Origin: Vicugna vicugna
Taxonomy: Eukaryota
Direction of reading: 5' to 3'
DNA: 64,000 nt
Assembly: GCA_013265495.1 (NCBI GenBank)
Contig: MU060674.1
Location: forward strand, 978,901 to 1,042,900
Shown: piece by piece, positions 50,549-63,900 of the stretch
Layout: each line of letters starts with the position of its first letter
Numbering within the stretch: position 1 is the first letter of the stretch
Notes under the pieces: generated by a model
What the model was told of the DNA's origin: nothing
What the model saw: the letters and a program-made list of their open reading frames with translations, nothing else
Database searches by the model: none
Program-made: the position numbers and the translations under genes

Positions 50549-51781
50549 AAAGAAAAACCAGATGATCATATCAATAAATGTATAAAAGCATCTAACAAAA
50601 ATCACCATTCATTCATCAAAAAATTGTTAAGAAAATTAATAATAGAAGAGAACTTTCTTAATATAACAAAGAGTATTTGCAAGAAAACATTGCCTAACAT
50701 CACACTTAGTTGTGAGAGGCTGAACACTTTCTAGATACAAAGGGGAACAAGGCAAACATATCCCCGCTAACCACTCACATTCAGCATTTTGCTGCAAGTC
50801 TTAGCTGGTGCAATAAGAAAAGTAAGCAATAAAAAAAAATAAAAGGGGTAGAGATTGAAAAGGAAGAAGTAAAATTCTATTTGCAAAGGGCATAAAATAT
50901 ATATCTAGAAGATCCTCAAATACCCATTTTTAAGAACATAAATGAACCCTAGAATTAATAAGAGAATACAGAAAAGTCTTAGGACACAAGTTCAATATAC
51001 AAAAGTCAGTTGCTTTCCTAGATAATAACCTGGAATTTAAAGTTAAAAAAAAAAAGTAATGCCACACACAAAAAATAAATAATTACATATAAATCTAACA
51101 AAACGTGTACAGGATATACATGCAGAAAAAGATAAAACACTAAAGGAAACAATCAAAGAAGATATAAATAAATAGAGAAATAGCCCACGTTCATGGATTG
51201 AAAGACAATTTCATTAATGTGCTAATTCTTCCTAATTCTAGCTAAAGATTCAGCATTATCCTTATTAAAACCCCAGCAAGTTTTTCTGTAGATACTGGCA
51301 AAGTTATTCTAAAGCTGATATGGAAAGAGATAGGACCCAGCATAGCCAAAACAATTCTGAAATAAAAGGTCAAACTTAGAGTGCTCCTGTTGCCTGATTT
51401 TAGAACTTACTAGAATACCACCACAATTAAGGTGGCATGGGTATTGACACAAATTCAGACACTCTGATGAACAGAACGGAAGAGAGGACCCAGAAGTCAA
51501 CCCACACAAATATAATCAAGTCCTTTTTTTATAGAGGCACAATTGCCGTTCATCGGAAGAACCATTGTCCTCTCCACAAATGCTGCTAGAACAAGTGTAT
51601 GCCCATCTGCAACAGAACGGAATCAGACGCAGACCTCCTGGTTCATACAAAAAATAACTAAAAAGGCATCCCAGGGCTAAATGCTAAATTCAAAGCTATA
51701 GAATTTCTGTAGGAAAATATAGGTGAAAACCTGTATTACTTCTGACTTGCTAATAAACTTTTAATTATAAAACTGAAAGCA

Positions 51782-51926
51782 GAGGAGAAGGGTATAGCCC
51801 ATTAGTGGAGCATGTGCATAGCGTGCATGAGGTCCTGGTTCAATCCCCAACACATCTGTCAAAACAAATAAATAAATCAACCTAACTACCTCCCCCTGAA
51901 AGAAAATTAGAGGGAAAAAACCCCAA
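51782..51926 (+). mobile_element. tRNA-derived SINE (vic-1-like), older copy nested in the L1
   Basis: GGGTATAGCCCATTAGTGGAGCATGTGCATAGCGTGCATGAGGTCCTGGTTCAATCCCC...AAATAAATAAA...CTACCTCCCC; TSD AAAACTGAAAGCA (51769-51781) / AAAACTAAAAGCA (51927-51939). Confidence 0.85.
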
Positions 51927-52829
51927 AAAACTAAAAGCAAATCTATGAAAAAAGTTTCATAAGCTGGCCTTTGTTAAAATTAAATTTTTTTTAACAAAAG
52001 ATGCTGTTAGGAGAATGAAAAGACATCCTATTCACTGGGAGAAAATATTTGCAATTTGGGGATGGTTAAATAAGTGAGATGCAAGGTAATTTTTAGGGTT
52101 GTGAAAGAATTTTTTATGATACTATAGCAGCAGATATAGGACACTATGCGTTTGTCTAAATAAGGAGAATTTCATAGAGAAGAGTGGACCATAATATGTG
52201 AAAGTTTAAATTAAATTCAATATGGGATTGGAGGGTCCTAGGATGTAATGCAGACTGTGGAAAAAAGACAAACTATTCTAAATGTGAGGTGTACCTTCCT
52301 AAAGAGGGTAAGAGAAAAGGGACTAACCTAGGTAACTTTGGAAGAAGTGGACACTGTAGGACTAGAGATGAGAACTCTGTATAAGCACTCTGGTTAGAAA
52401 AATGATTTCCTATGGAGGTGGAGGTTAACAATTCTGAACATGATGCCCATGTAGAGTAGGGCTGGACAGATATGCAAATGGATGGTGGATGGTGGGAGGC
52501 AGATTTCTCCCTGTTGGATTGGGAGCTTAGTTATAAGCAAGGAGGAAAGGCTAGAAGGAAGCATGCATCCTCGATGAAAGTTGGAGACATCGGTATGAAC
52601 GCACATTGAGCGTAAAACTTGTGTGTTTGTCCCCCGATGATGTGATGTGATGTGATGAGACTGGTATGTCTGTCATCTCCCTCCCAATAACCCATAACCC
52701 CAGTAACCATGAGAAAAATAGCAGAGACATCCCAGTGATGGATATTCTACAAAATGCCTGATCAATATTCTCAAACCTATAAAGATCACTTCCCCCTCCA
52801 AAAAAAAAAAAAAAAAAAAAAAAAAGGAG

Positions 52830-52885
52830 NNNNNNNNNNNNNNNNNNNNNNNNNNNNNNNNNNNNNNNNNNNNNNNNNNNNNNNN
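52830..52885. other. Assembly gap (56 N)
   Basis: Run of N between two poly(A) tracts. Confidence 1.
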
Positions 52886-53234
52886 CCAAAAAAAAAAAAA
52901 AAAAAAAAAGTGGAGAGGGAGGGAGATTTGAGAAACTGATGCAAGTCTAAATAAAGTAACCTAATGGCAGGAATATAGGCTGGATTAGGGCATAAAAAAA
53001 GAACACAAGGTAAAAATTAACGAAGTACCAAAAATATGAGCTTTGGTGAACAATAATGTATTATTATTGACTTATTAGCTGTGACAAATGCACTAAGGCA
53101 TTGTTAACAAAAGGAAAACTGGGGGTGAGGTGCACAAGAACTCTGTAGTATTCTTGCAAATTCTTTTTCTAACTCAAACATTTTTTTCTCAAATAGAACA
53201 ATTAGTGTTATTTTTTTTTTAATGCAACTGTCAA

Positions 53235-53400
53235 TGATTGGCTTTGTGATTCTAGGAAAGTTGCTCATCATCTCACTATCTCAGGTTTTTGAACCTGAAA
53301 AATGTGGATAATTGTGTAAAACTTAAAGAATTGCAATGGAGAGCAAGTGGAAAGTATTATCAAAAATGCGTTTTAAAGTGTATAGTAAAGGGCAGTGTTA
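53235..53400 (+). mobile_element. MIR fragment
   Basis: TGTGATTCTAGGAAAGTTGCTCATCATCTC...CTCAGGTTTT...CCTGAAAAATGTGGATAAT. Confidence 0.5.
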
Positions 53401-54439
53401 TCGGTCCTCAAAGAGAAAAGTGCATGCCCTGCTAGGGTACTTGACATTAAGAACTCCTACGTTTTTATTCTAAATGTGTTTATAGGAGAATATTCCAAGG
53501 AATAAGTGTATACCTCTGATTGTGTGCATGTGTGTGTATGTTCTTGGTATATTTACAGAGGAAAATTACATACCCTCCCCAAATATATGATAAATACAAA
53601 ATATCTTCCAATTTTATTATGAACAGATTGATTGAAAACAAAATGAGTGACATAATAACCAAATGCAGATGTTATAAAAATAACAAAACTCTTAAGCTGT
53701 TTGACAAATCATGAAGATATCCTGTTGCAAAATACATAAAGCAATTTGCTCTTTGAAACACTTTAACAATCGGATATGGTCAAATCTATCTTGAGTTTAA
53801 CAGGAACCACAGATGACTTAGAAATCCATAAATCCACACATGACAGTACTTAAGCAAGTTTCAAAAATAATTTGCAATAGAAGGAGGAATTTACTATAAC
53901 TGTTCTCCGTAGCCATTTAAAAGCATTATGGAATAATAAGGGGGAAAAATGACAAGCACACAGTACAGTTAAATAATAAATAAGTATAAATAAATAAATA
54001 AGTATAAAAAATAAGTATCTTAATAACCTTTGTTAAAGAGATATGAAAGGGGAAAATCTTTTAATGAGCTAAAATAAATGTGTCGTCATCTAGGTAAGGA
54101 GAGAGGAGGTCTAAGTTCAATCACCTAAGACTTACCCATCCTCTAATTTTTCAAGCAAAGAAGTCCAGTTTATTCTTGATTAGATCACAAAATTCGTGGG
54201 TTCTAAATCTTTGGGGTATAGAAGTAATATCTCATAGGGTGCTTGTGAAAAACATTCCTTGGCCCCTATCACCAGAGTTTTAACACTACACATATTTTTC
54301 TAAACCTGATGTAATGTACTCTGAGATATAATTTGGGTTTTTTTTTTGGATATTTATCACCATTCCTTTATAAATAGTTTTTGATTTCTATATTGCTTTT
54401 CCCCTGGATTATTTAGAAGAAGAATATTAATTAAATTTC

Positions 54440-55150
54440 TTTGTTTATATCTTCCATTGTTTCTTTTGAGAAGCCAGCTGCCTGCATATTGGTGCTTTTT
54501 TTTTGAAGTCTTCTCTGTTTTTCTTTCTTTCTTTCTAATCATCTTTTAAGGTTTTTAAACAGTTTCTGATAAGATTGCGTTAATGTAGCTATAGAAATTT
54601 TTGTTTCTTTGCCTGGATGTCTGGCATCAATTTTGGAAAATTTTGACTTGTATGACTTTAAAGTATGGTTCCAAGAGAAACCATTGGTGACGATTGTCAT
54701 AAACTTGGAGTTTAAAGAGTTTGGGGGCAAGAAACATACCTGTGTTACAGACACATTAGGTCCCTTTACCATATCTTAAATATATATTCCTTTCTGCAGT
54801 TTTATTCTTTTATTTTCTACAGTGTTTCAATCTGAATATCATTACTTTGATTTGTATGCAAGTAAAGTTCTCCTCTATTTCACACTGCCAAATCTGCTGT
54901 CTGAACCCTCAGGTAAGACCTTATTTTCAGTTACTGTATTTTTGTAGTTCTTAAATATACTTTTGAATTTTTATATAGTGCCCAAGTTTCTGATGAGATT
55001 ATCTATATTGTCACCTTATTTAATAAACAAATTAATCAGATATATGAAAGTCCATTTCTTGTAAGCCCAGTATTCATCTCCTACAGCCTATGTCCATTGT
55101 TACCAGTTTTTTTCTTTAATTTCTGCATTAGATTTTATGTTTTTACACTC
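54440..55150 (-). mobile_element. Ancient L1/HAL1 ORF1-like fragment
   Basis: T-rich antisense motifs (AATCTGCTGTCTGAACCCTC...TTTCAGTTACTGTATTTTT...TTCT) typical of old ORF1 regions. Confidence 0.45.
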
Positions 55151-55949
55151 CTGGTGTTGAAATGAATTTTTATGTCCACGCGGAGCCACTCTTGCCCCAA
55201 CTGGCACATCAGCAAACCAAACATCCGTATTCCTGTTAAATGCTCCATCTGACCGGAAACACAGTTTATACAGTCATCCGATCCCCAAATGCCAAGCCGA
55301 TTCTGGGCTCCATACTTCTCTGTTCCTTGACCTTTCTATTAGAAGGTCAGATTTACAACCCCAGTCAATCATGCCCTGTGTTGCCCCTTCTCTGTAAAAC
55401 TCGCTCCTGCCCAAAATCCCTCAGGAAGAATGCACCACTGTGAGTGAGGCACTGTATTTCCCCAGTCAATGGTATGTTTTCCCTTGAATGCTGGGCATCA
55501 AACACATCACAAAATTGTTTTAGTTGTGTGATTTGACACAGGTTATTGTTAACCAAATACCACTGTGAATGATAATGCATGAATAATTAAAGAAACTGAA
55601 AAATATTATAAAGATTTGCTTTTGTTTGTAACAGCCAAAGTGGGGACAGATAATCACGCCACAGTCTGCAGTTAAGAATAAAATGGTATTTTTAGGAAAA
55701 CAGGTCTAGAACTTCAGGGAGAGAACTCAAAGCCTGAGAGAATCTGTCCTCCAATTTCTGTCCCTTTATAAGACTCTCAAAATCTCAGTTTAAATTCAGT
55801 ATTGTTACCTCTGATTTCTCCTAAACTTCTCTTTCCCCAAGCACCAGTTTTAGAACCATTAAGTTGTATACTCGAAGAACAAGCAAAACTCGTTTCTTTC
55901 AGAAGATATGTTTGTATACATAGAAAATTCAGTGGTTTTAACAGATAAA

Positions 55950-56075
55950 AAGTATTAGAACAAATTTAGCAAGGTTGCAGAATATAAGGGTCAATTTAAA
56001 AATCAATCACATTTCTATATATGACTCACAGTCAGTTGAAAAATGAAATTTAAAAAATAATTTACAATAGTTCAG
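55950..56075 (+). mobile_element. L1 ORF2 fragment
   Basis: AATTTAGCAAGGTTGCAGAATATAAGGGTCAAT...AAAATCAATCACATTTCTATA. Confidence 0.7.
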
Positions 56076-56128
56076 TTTCAACTCTGACATAAGCCTGGAC
56101 AGAAAAAACAATTTTTCTAGGATATATT

Positions 56129-56651
56129 TGAAAGAGAGAAGATTGTGACACCTCAGGGTATGCCTTTTTGGCATAAGGATTACTTCAAAGTGAGTATTTT
56201 TGAGAAACTGAAGACACAGGGGAAGTTCTAAAAAGAAAGCGTAAGTTACCTTTTTGTAAAGGAAATCTACATTCATTAAGGCAATTTACATTAGAAACGG
56301 ACCTGTACTGGGAAGAGAGGTATTGCCAGAGATAACTTTGTAACCTGAGACTTCCCTGGTTGCTATGGCAACCTTTGTTTACCAAACATTTCCTCCTCTT
56401 ACCTACTGAATTGACCCCCTGCCTGCCCCCAACATCCTTCTTTTGTCTTTAGACAAAGATGGTATTCAAGGTGGTATTTAAGATATGAAGATAGTATTTA
56501 ATCTGGCTTCTGCCATCTCAGGGAGCCACTGATGTATATATTTTAATAAATTCCTGTGTTTTTCTTTTCCTTTACTAATCTGTCCTTTATTACAGGGGGT
56601 CTCAGTCAAGAGCCCAGAAGGGTAGAGGAAAATTTTTCTCTCCTTTATACA
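56129..56651 (+). mobile_element. ERV1-type solo LTR (MER34/MER39-like)
   Basis: TG...CA termini; TATGCCTTTTTGGCATAAGGATTACTT, AATAAA at ~56545, and the 3' motif CTAATCTGTCCTTTATTACAGGGG...AGAAGGGTAGAGGAAAA. Confidence 0.75.
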
Positions 56652-56864
56652 TTCGAGAACTGAGTTTTCAGGGAAAACTGTCATCCTGAAGTCTGGAGAG
56701 AAACCAAAGAGTCACAGATGAGAACTGATTACATGGAGCAAAATCTTCCGGAATCATAAACTGGTAGAAAACTTAAAACAGTAATTTGGACAAATTGTTG
56801 GAGGCCAACAGTGTTCTAAGGTGATAATGAGGCACTCTTAAGAGGCGGAGTCGCACTTTTACAG

Positions 56865-57070
56865 GCTTTGCTTTCAGAGGAAAGCCACACACATACACAT
56901 TGTGAAAGCTGTGAGTTCAGTTTTATTGGGGGAATTCAAGTCTATAGCCTGGGAGACAGCCTCTCAGACAGCTCTGAGAATCTGCCCCAAAGAGGCCGGG
57001 GTGGCGGTGGCGGGGAGAGGGGGAAGTCATATACATATGATTTTGGTGAAGAGTGATGTGTGCATTCAAG
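56865..57070 (-). mobile_element. ERV1-type LTR fragment
   Basis: GTTTTATTGGGG...AGCCTGGGAGACAGCCTCTCAGACAGCTCTGAG...CCCAAAGAGG resembles the R/U5 end of an LTR in antisense. Confidence 0.6.
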
Positions 57071-58544
57071 GTGTGGTTCTTGCTTTAAGGTTCAGGCCTT
57101 TGCCTTGTCTTAGCTGGATATCAAAGATGCTAACGAGGCGTTAAAATGAGCCATCTATTTGGGTGAGTTAAAACAAAATGCCCCCAAGCACTGCTCTCCC
57201 TCCAAATATTATTGATCTCTGTTTTCTCATCACCATCTCATCCCTGTAGTTTTTGTAATAGTTGCTGGTTGGAAAACCTCAGTTAGCCTTCCTCTGCTGG
57301 TGCTGGGCCCTGCCCTCCGCTGAACTTACAATGGCCCAGATAGGAACTCACGCGGTCCCCTCTCTGCTCAGCAATGTGATAACTTACTCTCTGCTAATTT
57401 TATGATTTCTGGCAGCAAATAGATATTATCTTATGGTTCAAAATAATACAGTTTTACATGTTCAATTTTTATTAAAGGAATGACCTCAAGTGGCTTTCTG
57501 TATCAATTTGCTGTACTATTTAATATCTGATAAAAGCTATTTAAAGGCTTGCAAATGAAGTCTAAATTGCTAGCATTGTTCAAAATCTACTCCGCTCCTT
57601 CAAATGATGGACTGGCTCCAATCTCTGCACCTGCAGCTCCCCAGCACTGTCATGACCTGAAGGACTTCTACTAGCTCTGTACTGCAGTCCTGGAGGTCCC
57701 AAAGCAGAGGGCTGAGTCATTTGGGAACAAACCTTTTCTGACTGTCCCTTCTTTTCTTCCTTCCTTCCTCCTTTCCTTCCTTCTTTCCTCTGCCCTATTT
57801 TCATGGGACTTTTCACGTAAACTCCTTAAGAAAAAAACAGTTTAGTGCCTGTAACTTATTAACATTGAAAAAATTAATATGAATTGACTAAATGAATGAC
57901 TTGCTAAATTGCACTGCATTATCCTCAATTGATTAACCACTGGAAGAATTACAGAAAAAAATATTGAAAATATTAGAGTTAAGCTTCTGTAGAAAAACTT
58001 GCCAATGAAGCTAAATGAGATAATCCTTTAAGTAACATTCTCAATTAAAAATGCAGATAGAATTAGTTTATTGAATTATGTTTTACCAGGTGGGCAACTT
58101 TCATCAAGGTCATTTGGAGGTTGGGACTAGCTGATCCCAAAGTGGGTGTCTTTAGGAAAATAAATAAAAGGAAGATCCAATCCAACATTGAACAAAATAT
58201 ACTGTGACAAAAAGGCTGGATAAATTGGACAGTTCAGATTAGACTTTTGAACACCACTAGCAATTTGGACTTCCTTTTTGAGCCCTTAAATAGCTTTTAT
58301 AGGATATTAAATAGTGTAGTAAAATGATACAGAAGACCACTTGAGGTCATTCCTTCAATAACAATTGAATATGTAAAACTTTATTGTTTTGAATTATAAA
58401 ATAATATATATTTGCTGCCTGAAATCATAAAATTAGTAAAGAGTAAATTATCACATTGCTGTAACTTACACAAAGATAGCCATGGTTAAAATACTGGTGT
58501 GTGTATTAGAAATCTTATTATATGTATATCTGTGTGTGTGTGCG

Positions 58545-60095
58545 TGCAGTGTCTCCAGATATTTATCATGTTCTCTTTACCGGGGGTCCCTTCCGTAAAG
58601 TTGATGATCCTTTCCATGGAATAATACTGTGCTTAAAGGGCCGTCAAGGTCCTTATGGCCTTTTGATCTAGAGCGTGAATTAGAGACATTGTGTTTGGGG
58701 CCAAGTAGACCCCTGTCAACACTTCTGTTGGTTAACTCATGAGGTTCAAGGATATTGCTCAATATTACAAGAATTTTAAGAGTCAAAGGGACAAGGCATC
58801 AGTGGAACCAGTCCAAGAAAGGGTTCTTCTCACCCAGGTCTTCTTGTCGTGCAATCCAAAGACAGGCAGCTGCTGTTAATGTCTTCCTTTCAAGGCTTAG
58901 GGGTCAGCAGCTTTATAGATTAGGGCAGTCCTGACCGTAAACCCAAATGCATTTTCACGGAGTAGGCTATCCCTCCCTGCCTCAAAGCCTCATGCTCATG
59001 CTCCCTTCTCTTCCTTACTAATAAACATCCTTCATGGCATCCAGACATCTATCCAAAATTATCAAAACCATCTTTGCTGGCATTAAATTTCTAGCTTTAG
59101 ATCCTTTCCCTTCCTTTTGCTTTAAGTTGTCATATAATAACTTCACTTCTCAAATTGTATTTGAGTTTATAGGTACACCTAGCCTTTCTTATAACATTCC
59201 TGCCCCCACAAAAAGCTGCATTTTCAACGTGAGATAAAAAGAAGTTTCTCAAAAAGTGCAAGCTTTTGGTGCCTACTGACTTAGCTGCAGCAACAGCTTT
59301 GCAAATTTCCTTTTCTTTTTTTTTACAGTGGTCCTTACACTGGACTTACTTGTCTTGAAATGATAAGCAACCACAGCTGTAGATCTTGTCCTATGGTACA
59401 TATCAAGCAATTGAACTTTGCCTTCTAACATCACGATTTTGCTTCTTGGGGACACTTCTAGCATCACTAGTGGCACTTTGTATGAGTCTTATGGTGTTAT
59501 TCAAGGTTTATGGTATTGCACTAGACACGATGAAAAATACACAAGAACACGAGACAACACTTTTTGCTGTCATACACAATTCATTATAGAGACAAACTGC
59601 TCGTGCAGAGATGATTAGTGTCACATGACATTTTAATCAGAAACTCCCAACACTGGAGCTGGTTGCAATAGCAACAGGAGGTGACTACAAAGTTATTACA
59701 ATAGTACGATATGCATTACAGTTAATTTTACTTAGTTGCAGTGTAATACTGTATCTTTGTATTTGTTTGCATTTTCCTCACCTGTCCAAATGGTGCCACA
59801 TATGATCTGTAAGGATTTGTGTGTGTAAGTTTTGATACATTTTAAATTGCTATAATAGATTTGCATCATATATTTTATGGTAGTGTGTGATAAAGTATTG
59901 TCTACAATATTTTATGCATTCATGACAGACCTAGGTTTTTGATGTTTTTCAATATTTATAGCTTGTCTGTGAGGTTTTTTTTTTTTTTTGGATTGTCACA
60001 AATCTCAAAAATTTTTTTCCAGTATATTTATTGAAAACAATCTGTGTACAAGTGGACCTGGGCAGATCAAACCTATGTTGTTGGAAGTTCAACTG
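58545..60095 (-). mobile_element. Tigger2 DNA transposon fossil: 5' end plus decayed transposase (HTH and DDE regions)
   Basis: Minus-strand start CAGTTGAACTTCCAACAACATAGGTTTGATCTGCCCAGGTCCACTT with TA at 60096-60097. ORF 59273-59476(-) KVQLLDMYHR...VAYHF..SSVRT is HTH-like. My translation of 58550-59040(-) gives frameshifted RMFISKEEK...TALIYKAADP...LDWFH...PNTMSLIHALDQ, like pogo/Tigger DDE domains. Confidence 0.85.
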
Positions 60096-61639
60096 TACAT
60101 GTAATATATTTTTTGTGGAAAATACATAGAAGAAGAATCAAACCTCCAAAAGTCATAACAGAAACAGTACTGAGATGCTAAGTATGTTCTTCACTGCTGT
60201 GAACAATGGAATCAACTAGAAGAGAAGGTAATAGGGTATGAAACTCCTCTCCTAAGGGATGGAGCCTTATGAAATGGGAAGGAATGTGGCAGGAACAGAT
60301 AACAGCCCAGCCATTTCAAACACACTCATAAAGAAATTACCAAGAGTAGAATATATTTCAAATTTAAGTTTTGCAATTATTCATGTATCCAGGTCTACAA
60401 AAAGCTCAGGGTCTTTTCATATAATGAAATAAGTCATTTGCAAGAGACTTGCTCGTTCTAAAGGTTCTCAGCTTCCTCTTTAGAATTTTTCATTGTGTTA
60501 AAGCTGAAGACAATGGAAGTAACAACTTCCTCACATTAGTCTAGCTTTTCCCAGAGTTAGCTAATCATTCCAAATGTGTAAGAACACGCCTTCAAAGATT
60601 GCTTCTCACTCAAGAAGAATACTCCGTTCCCTTGTGAAAAGAAACAGGCTCTACGGTAAAAAGCCCATTTCTTCCTTATGACAAAAATAAAGCCAAACAA
60701 TGAAGTGACTAAAGAACTTACTAGATCAGAAAATAGACCTTTTTATAGCCTCCCATAAACAGGCCTTGACATTCGCCAAGCGAAAAAGTGGTAGAGATTC
60801 AGGTCATGTCCTCTTCAGTTTGGAAGATGTAAATTCAAATCAACCAAAGAGCGTTTAATCTTAACTTATGCAAAAATGCTCTTCTAGGGGGTGGGGAGTG
60901 AAAGGGAGGGTGAGGCATGAATGCAACAGTCATTTGTCCAAATGAACATCTTTGCAGGCCCGTCAAAAACTGTACAGACAAGTCTTCCCTAAGATCAGTC
61001 ACCTGCATGCTGTGGAAATGAATGCCTAAACTCAAAACTGAAAAGGAACACAGCAAAACACAGGAGATCACGCAAACAAACGGCACCACCACAGAACAGC
61101 TTCCTCATGACCACAGGTAAAGGGTGTTCCTATTTTAAAGCAATTTGTTCTATTCTTGTAGATGTGCAGGGATCACTTTTCCCCTCTGCTACGGTCACAA
61201 AACTTTCATTACTGCTGAACGTAGCTTTATTTACCGGATCCCTGTTGTTGCCTCCTGGCTCCTCTACGTGGGTGTCTAATAGTGACCCTTCACCTATTAA
61301 CATGGAAGACTCTGGAAGGCATACACACATTTTTGATCATGCTCTGATAACAGAGCTGAGTCCAACACCTTGCTTTGCATTTTTATATGACCCAATCACA
61401 ACGTAAAGACAAGTCTTCTGGAAAGAATCCATTTGGACCATTACTATTAAAAAAAAAAAAAGTAGCTCTCTCTGTGGACCAATGAGGGCATATTTAAAAA
61501 GACACATAATAAGTAAATACTATTTAGGCTTCTTCACATAAAATTCTTAGGTAAGGAGAAAGCTAAAGGAGTTGAAGATGGCTGTTAATGAGAATTCATG
61601 GAAACTTTTTATATTAATTTTCATTTACTTATTAATTTA

Positions 61640-61790
61640 CTTATTCATTTTTCTTTGTCTGCCTTTCACTATAAAATATACGTACCATGAGGGCAAAGAT
61701 CTTGCTTATTTGGTCCCTGTTGTATCCCAGTATATAGAATGAAGTCTGATTCATATGAAGTACTCATTTACTATTTGCCCAGTGAATAAA
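61640..61790 (+). mobile_element. L2 3' end
   Basis: CCATGAGGGCAAAGATCTTGC...TGTTGTATCCCAG...GTACTCA...TATTTG...GTGAATAAA. Confidence 0.7.
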
Positions 61791-62309
61791 CCAAAATGTG
61801 TGTCACCCTAATTGAGTTCCCGGGAAGTATCTTAAGGGTCTATAAAGTAATAGGATTAAAACCACTTTTAATTCAGTGTGCCTGCACTCTTGTGTGTGGA
61901 GGGGTTGTCTTGTATGACAACAAACAGTACTGATTGTTATAAATTATAATTTCAGGAGCTCAGGCTTAAGGGCGTCAGAAAGCCATATGATTGGTTCAAA
62001 GTTGGAACCATCCTCCAGATGGCTTACCGGTCTTCCAGATCCAAACCGTGAACAGGCTACTGTTCCCCAGGGATGACATACACTAAAGGATGCGGCCCCC
62101 GGCTCTACAGCTGAGCTTGGCCCGGACCTAAGACCTGCTTTACTTGCAGGGATCCTTAGTCACCTACTGGTCACTTTGTTGCTGAGATGCTTAAAAGGGA
62201 CTTAGAGGAAATTTGGGATTCAGAAGTTGAAGGGGTTTGTGTTCTACCAGTTCAGACTCACAAAGTGACTGAGAATAGAGAGTCTAAACCCACCCACTCT
62301 GGGGTCCAT

Positions 62310-62945
62310 GTGACTTTGATTATATTGAATCTGCAGATTAATTTGGGAAATATTATTATCTTAACAATATTAAGCCTTCTAATCCATGAACATGGGATGT
62401 AATTTTATTTATTTTGATTTTCTTTAGTTTCTTTCAACAATATTTTATTTTTAGTTTTTAGGATATAAATCATTCATTTTTTATTGTAGCCTAAAAGCTA
62501 AAAAAGTTATTATTATTATTTTTTAATATAAGTCAATTTCTAATTATTTTCTTCTTTTGGAGATATGGTAAACTGAATTGTTTTCTTAATTTCATTTTAA
62601 AATTAGTCATTGCAAATGTATAGAAGTATAATTGTTTTTTGTATATTGACTTTGACTCTACATTGCTGAACTTATTTATTAGTTCTTAAAATTGTTTTAG
62701 TAGATTTCTTAGAATTTTTAATGTATTATCATATATCTGAAAATTAAGGTAGCTTTAACTATTATTTTACAAAATAGATGCCTTTACTTTCATTTCCTTG
62801 TTTAGTTCTGGCCAGAGCTTCCTGTATAATGTTGACTATATGTGGTGAGTGAATTTTTCCTAATTCATAGGGAACAGGTATCCAGTCTTTCACCATGAAG
62901 ATGGATGTCAGCAGTGAATTTTTCCTAAAAGCTCTGTATCAGGAC
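62310..62945 (-). mobile_element. Old L1 ORF2 fragment
   Basis: ATTGAATCTGCAGATTAATTTGGG...CTTCTAATCCATGAACATGGGAT...TTGCTGAACTTATTTATTAGTTC...CAGTCTTTCACCA. Confidence 0.8.
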
Positions 62946-63530
62946 TTGGAAGATGTATTGCTGGTGCTTTTGATTATTTAGCTTTCTTAATGTGGGCTAA
63001 TGGCATTCTTTATTGGTCTGGCTATGTACAGAAATCATAAAACATTGTTGGAAAATTTCTACAAATGGACTATTCTTATCATTTTAGGAGTCCAGTGTCT
63101 ACAGTTGTCAACATTAATCAACAAAGCATTTACACTGGAAAATATGGAAAAAATTGTCCAGAAAAGTTAACAACAAAATATTAATTTTTTTCCAGTATCC
63201 ATTAATGTGAATCATAGGAAACCCATCAAATGTCACCACAGTAGCTAAATTTATGAAATTAGCATATACAGTTTACTTAATAAGGGGCTAAAATGTGGTA
63301 GGTATCTATTCCATTATGATGACCCGAAGTAACTTGCTTTTTATTTTTGTTGTTGCAAATAAACTAAAAAGGCAAATGCTTTAACTAAAAAATTTGACTC
63401 TATTAATAACCTGTTATTCAAGAATTTCCTTACAGGAGAGCCTTGTGATAGTCTGTCAACTTTCAAAATTACTGTATGTGATGTGTTCTTTAAAAAGCTT
63501 CCTGAGATCATCTCAGATAGGTATGATGTT

Positions 63531-63900
63531 TGTGTTAGTCAGGATTCTCTAGAGAAACAGAACCCAAAAAGTGTGTGTGTGTGTGTGTGTGTGTGTCTGT
63601 GGATTTATTTTAAAGAAATGGTTCATGCAGTTAGGGCAGCTTGCAAATTCAGAATCTGTAGGATGGGCTACTAGGCTAGAGACTCTGAGAAAAAATGATG
63701 CTGCAGTTCAAGTCCAAAGGCTATCAGGCTAGCGGTACAAGCAGGAGATAATGGGTCAGTTCAAGTCTGAAGGCTATTTGCAGCAGAATTGCCTCTTGTT
63801 AGTGAAAGGTCAATCTTTTGCTCTATTCAAGCCTTCAACTGATTAGATGAGACCCACCCACATTATGTATTATGTATCTGCTTTACTCAAAGTCCATCTA
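63531..63900 (-). mobile_element. ERVL LTR (MLT2-like) containing (GT)n, interrupted by a young L1 tail
   Basis: TGTGTTAGTCAGGATTCTCTAGAGAAACAGAACC...GATGCTGCAGTTCAAGTCCAAAGGC...GCCTTCAACTGATTAGATGAGACCCACCCACATT. Confidence 0.85.

Larger units (their letters stand above)
50550..53190 (+). mobile_element. L1MC-like element: ORF2 RT region to 3'UTR, interrupted by a SINE and an assembly gap
   Basis: ATGATCATATCAATAAATG, GGAACAAGGCAA, GTTCATGGATTGAAAGAC and TGGGAGAAAATATTTGCAA, followed by a long L1MC-type 3'UTR ending GAACTCTGTAGTATTCTTGCAA. Confidence 0.8.
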
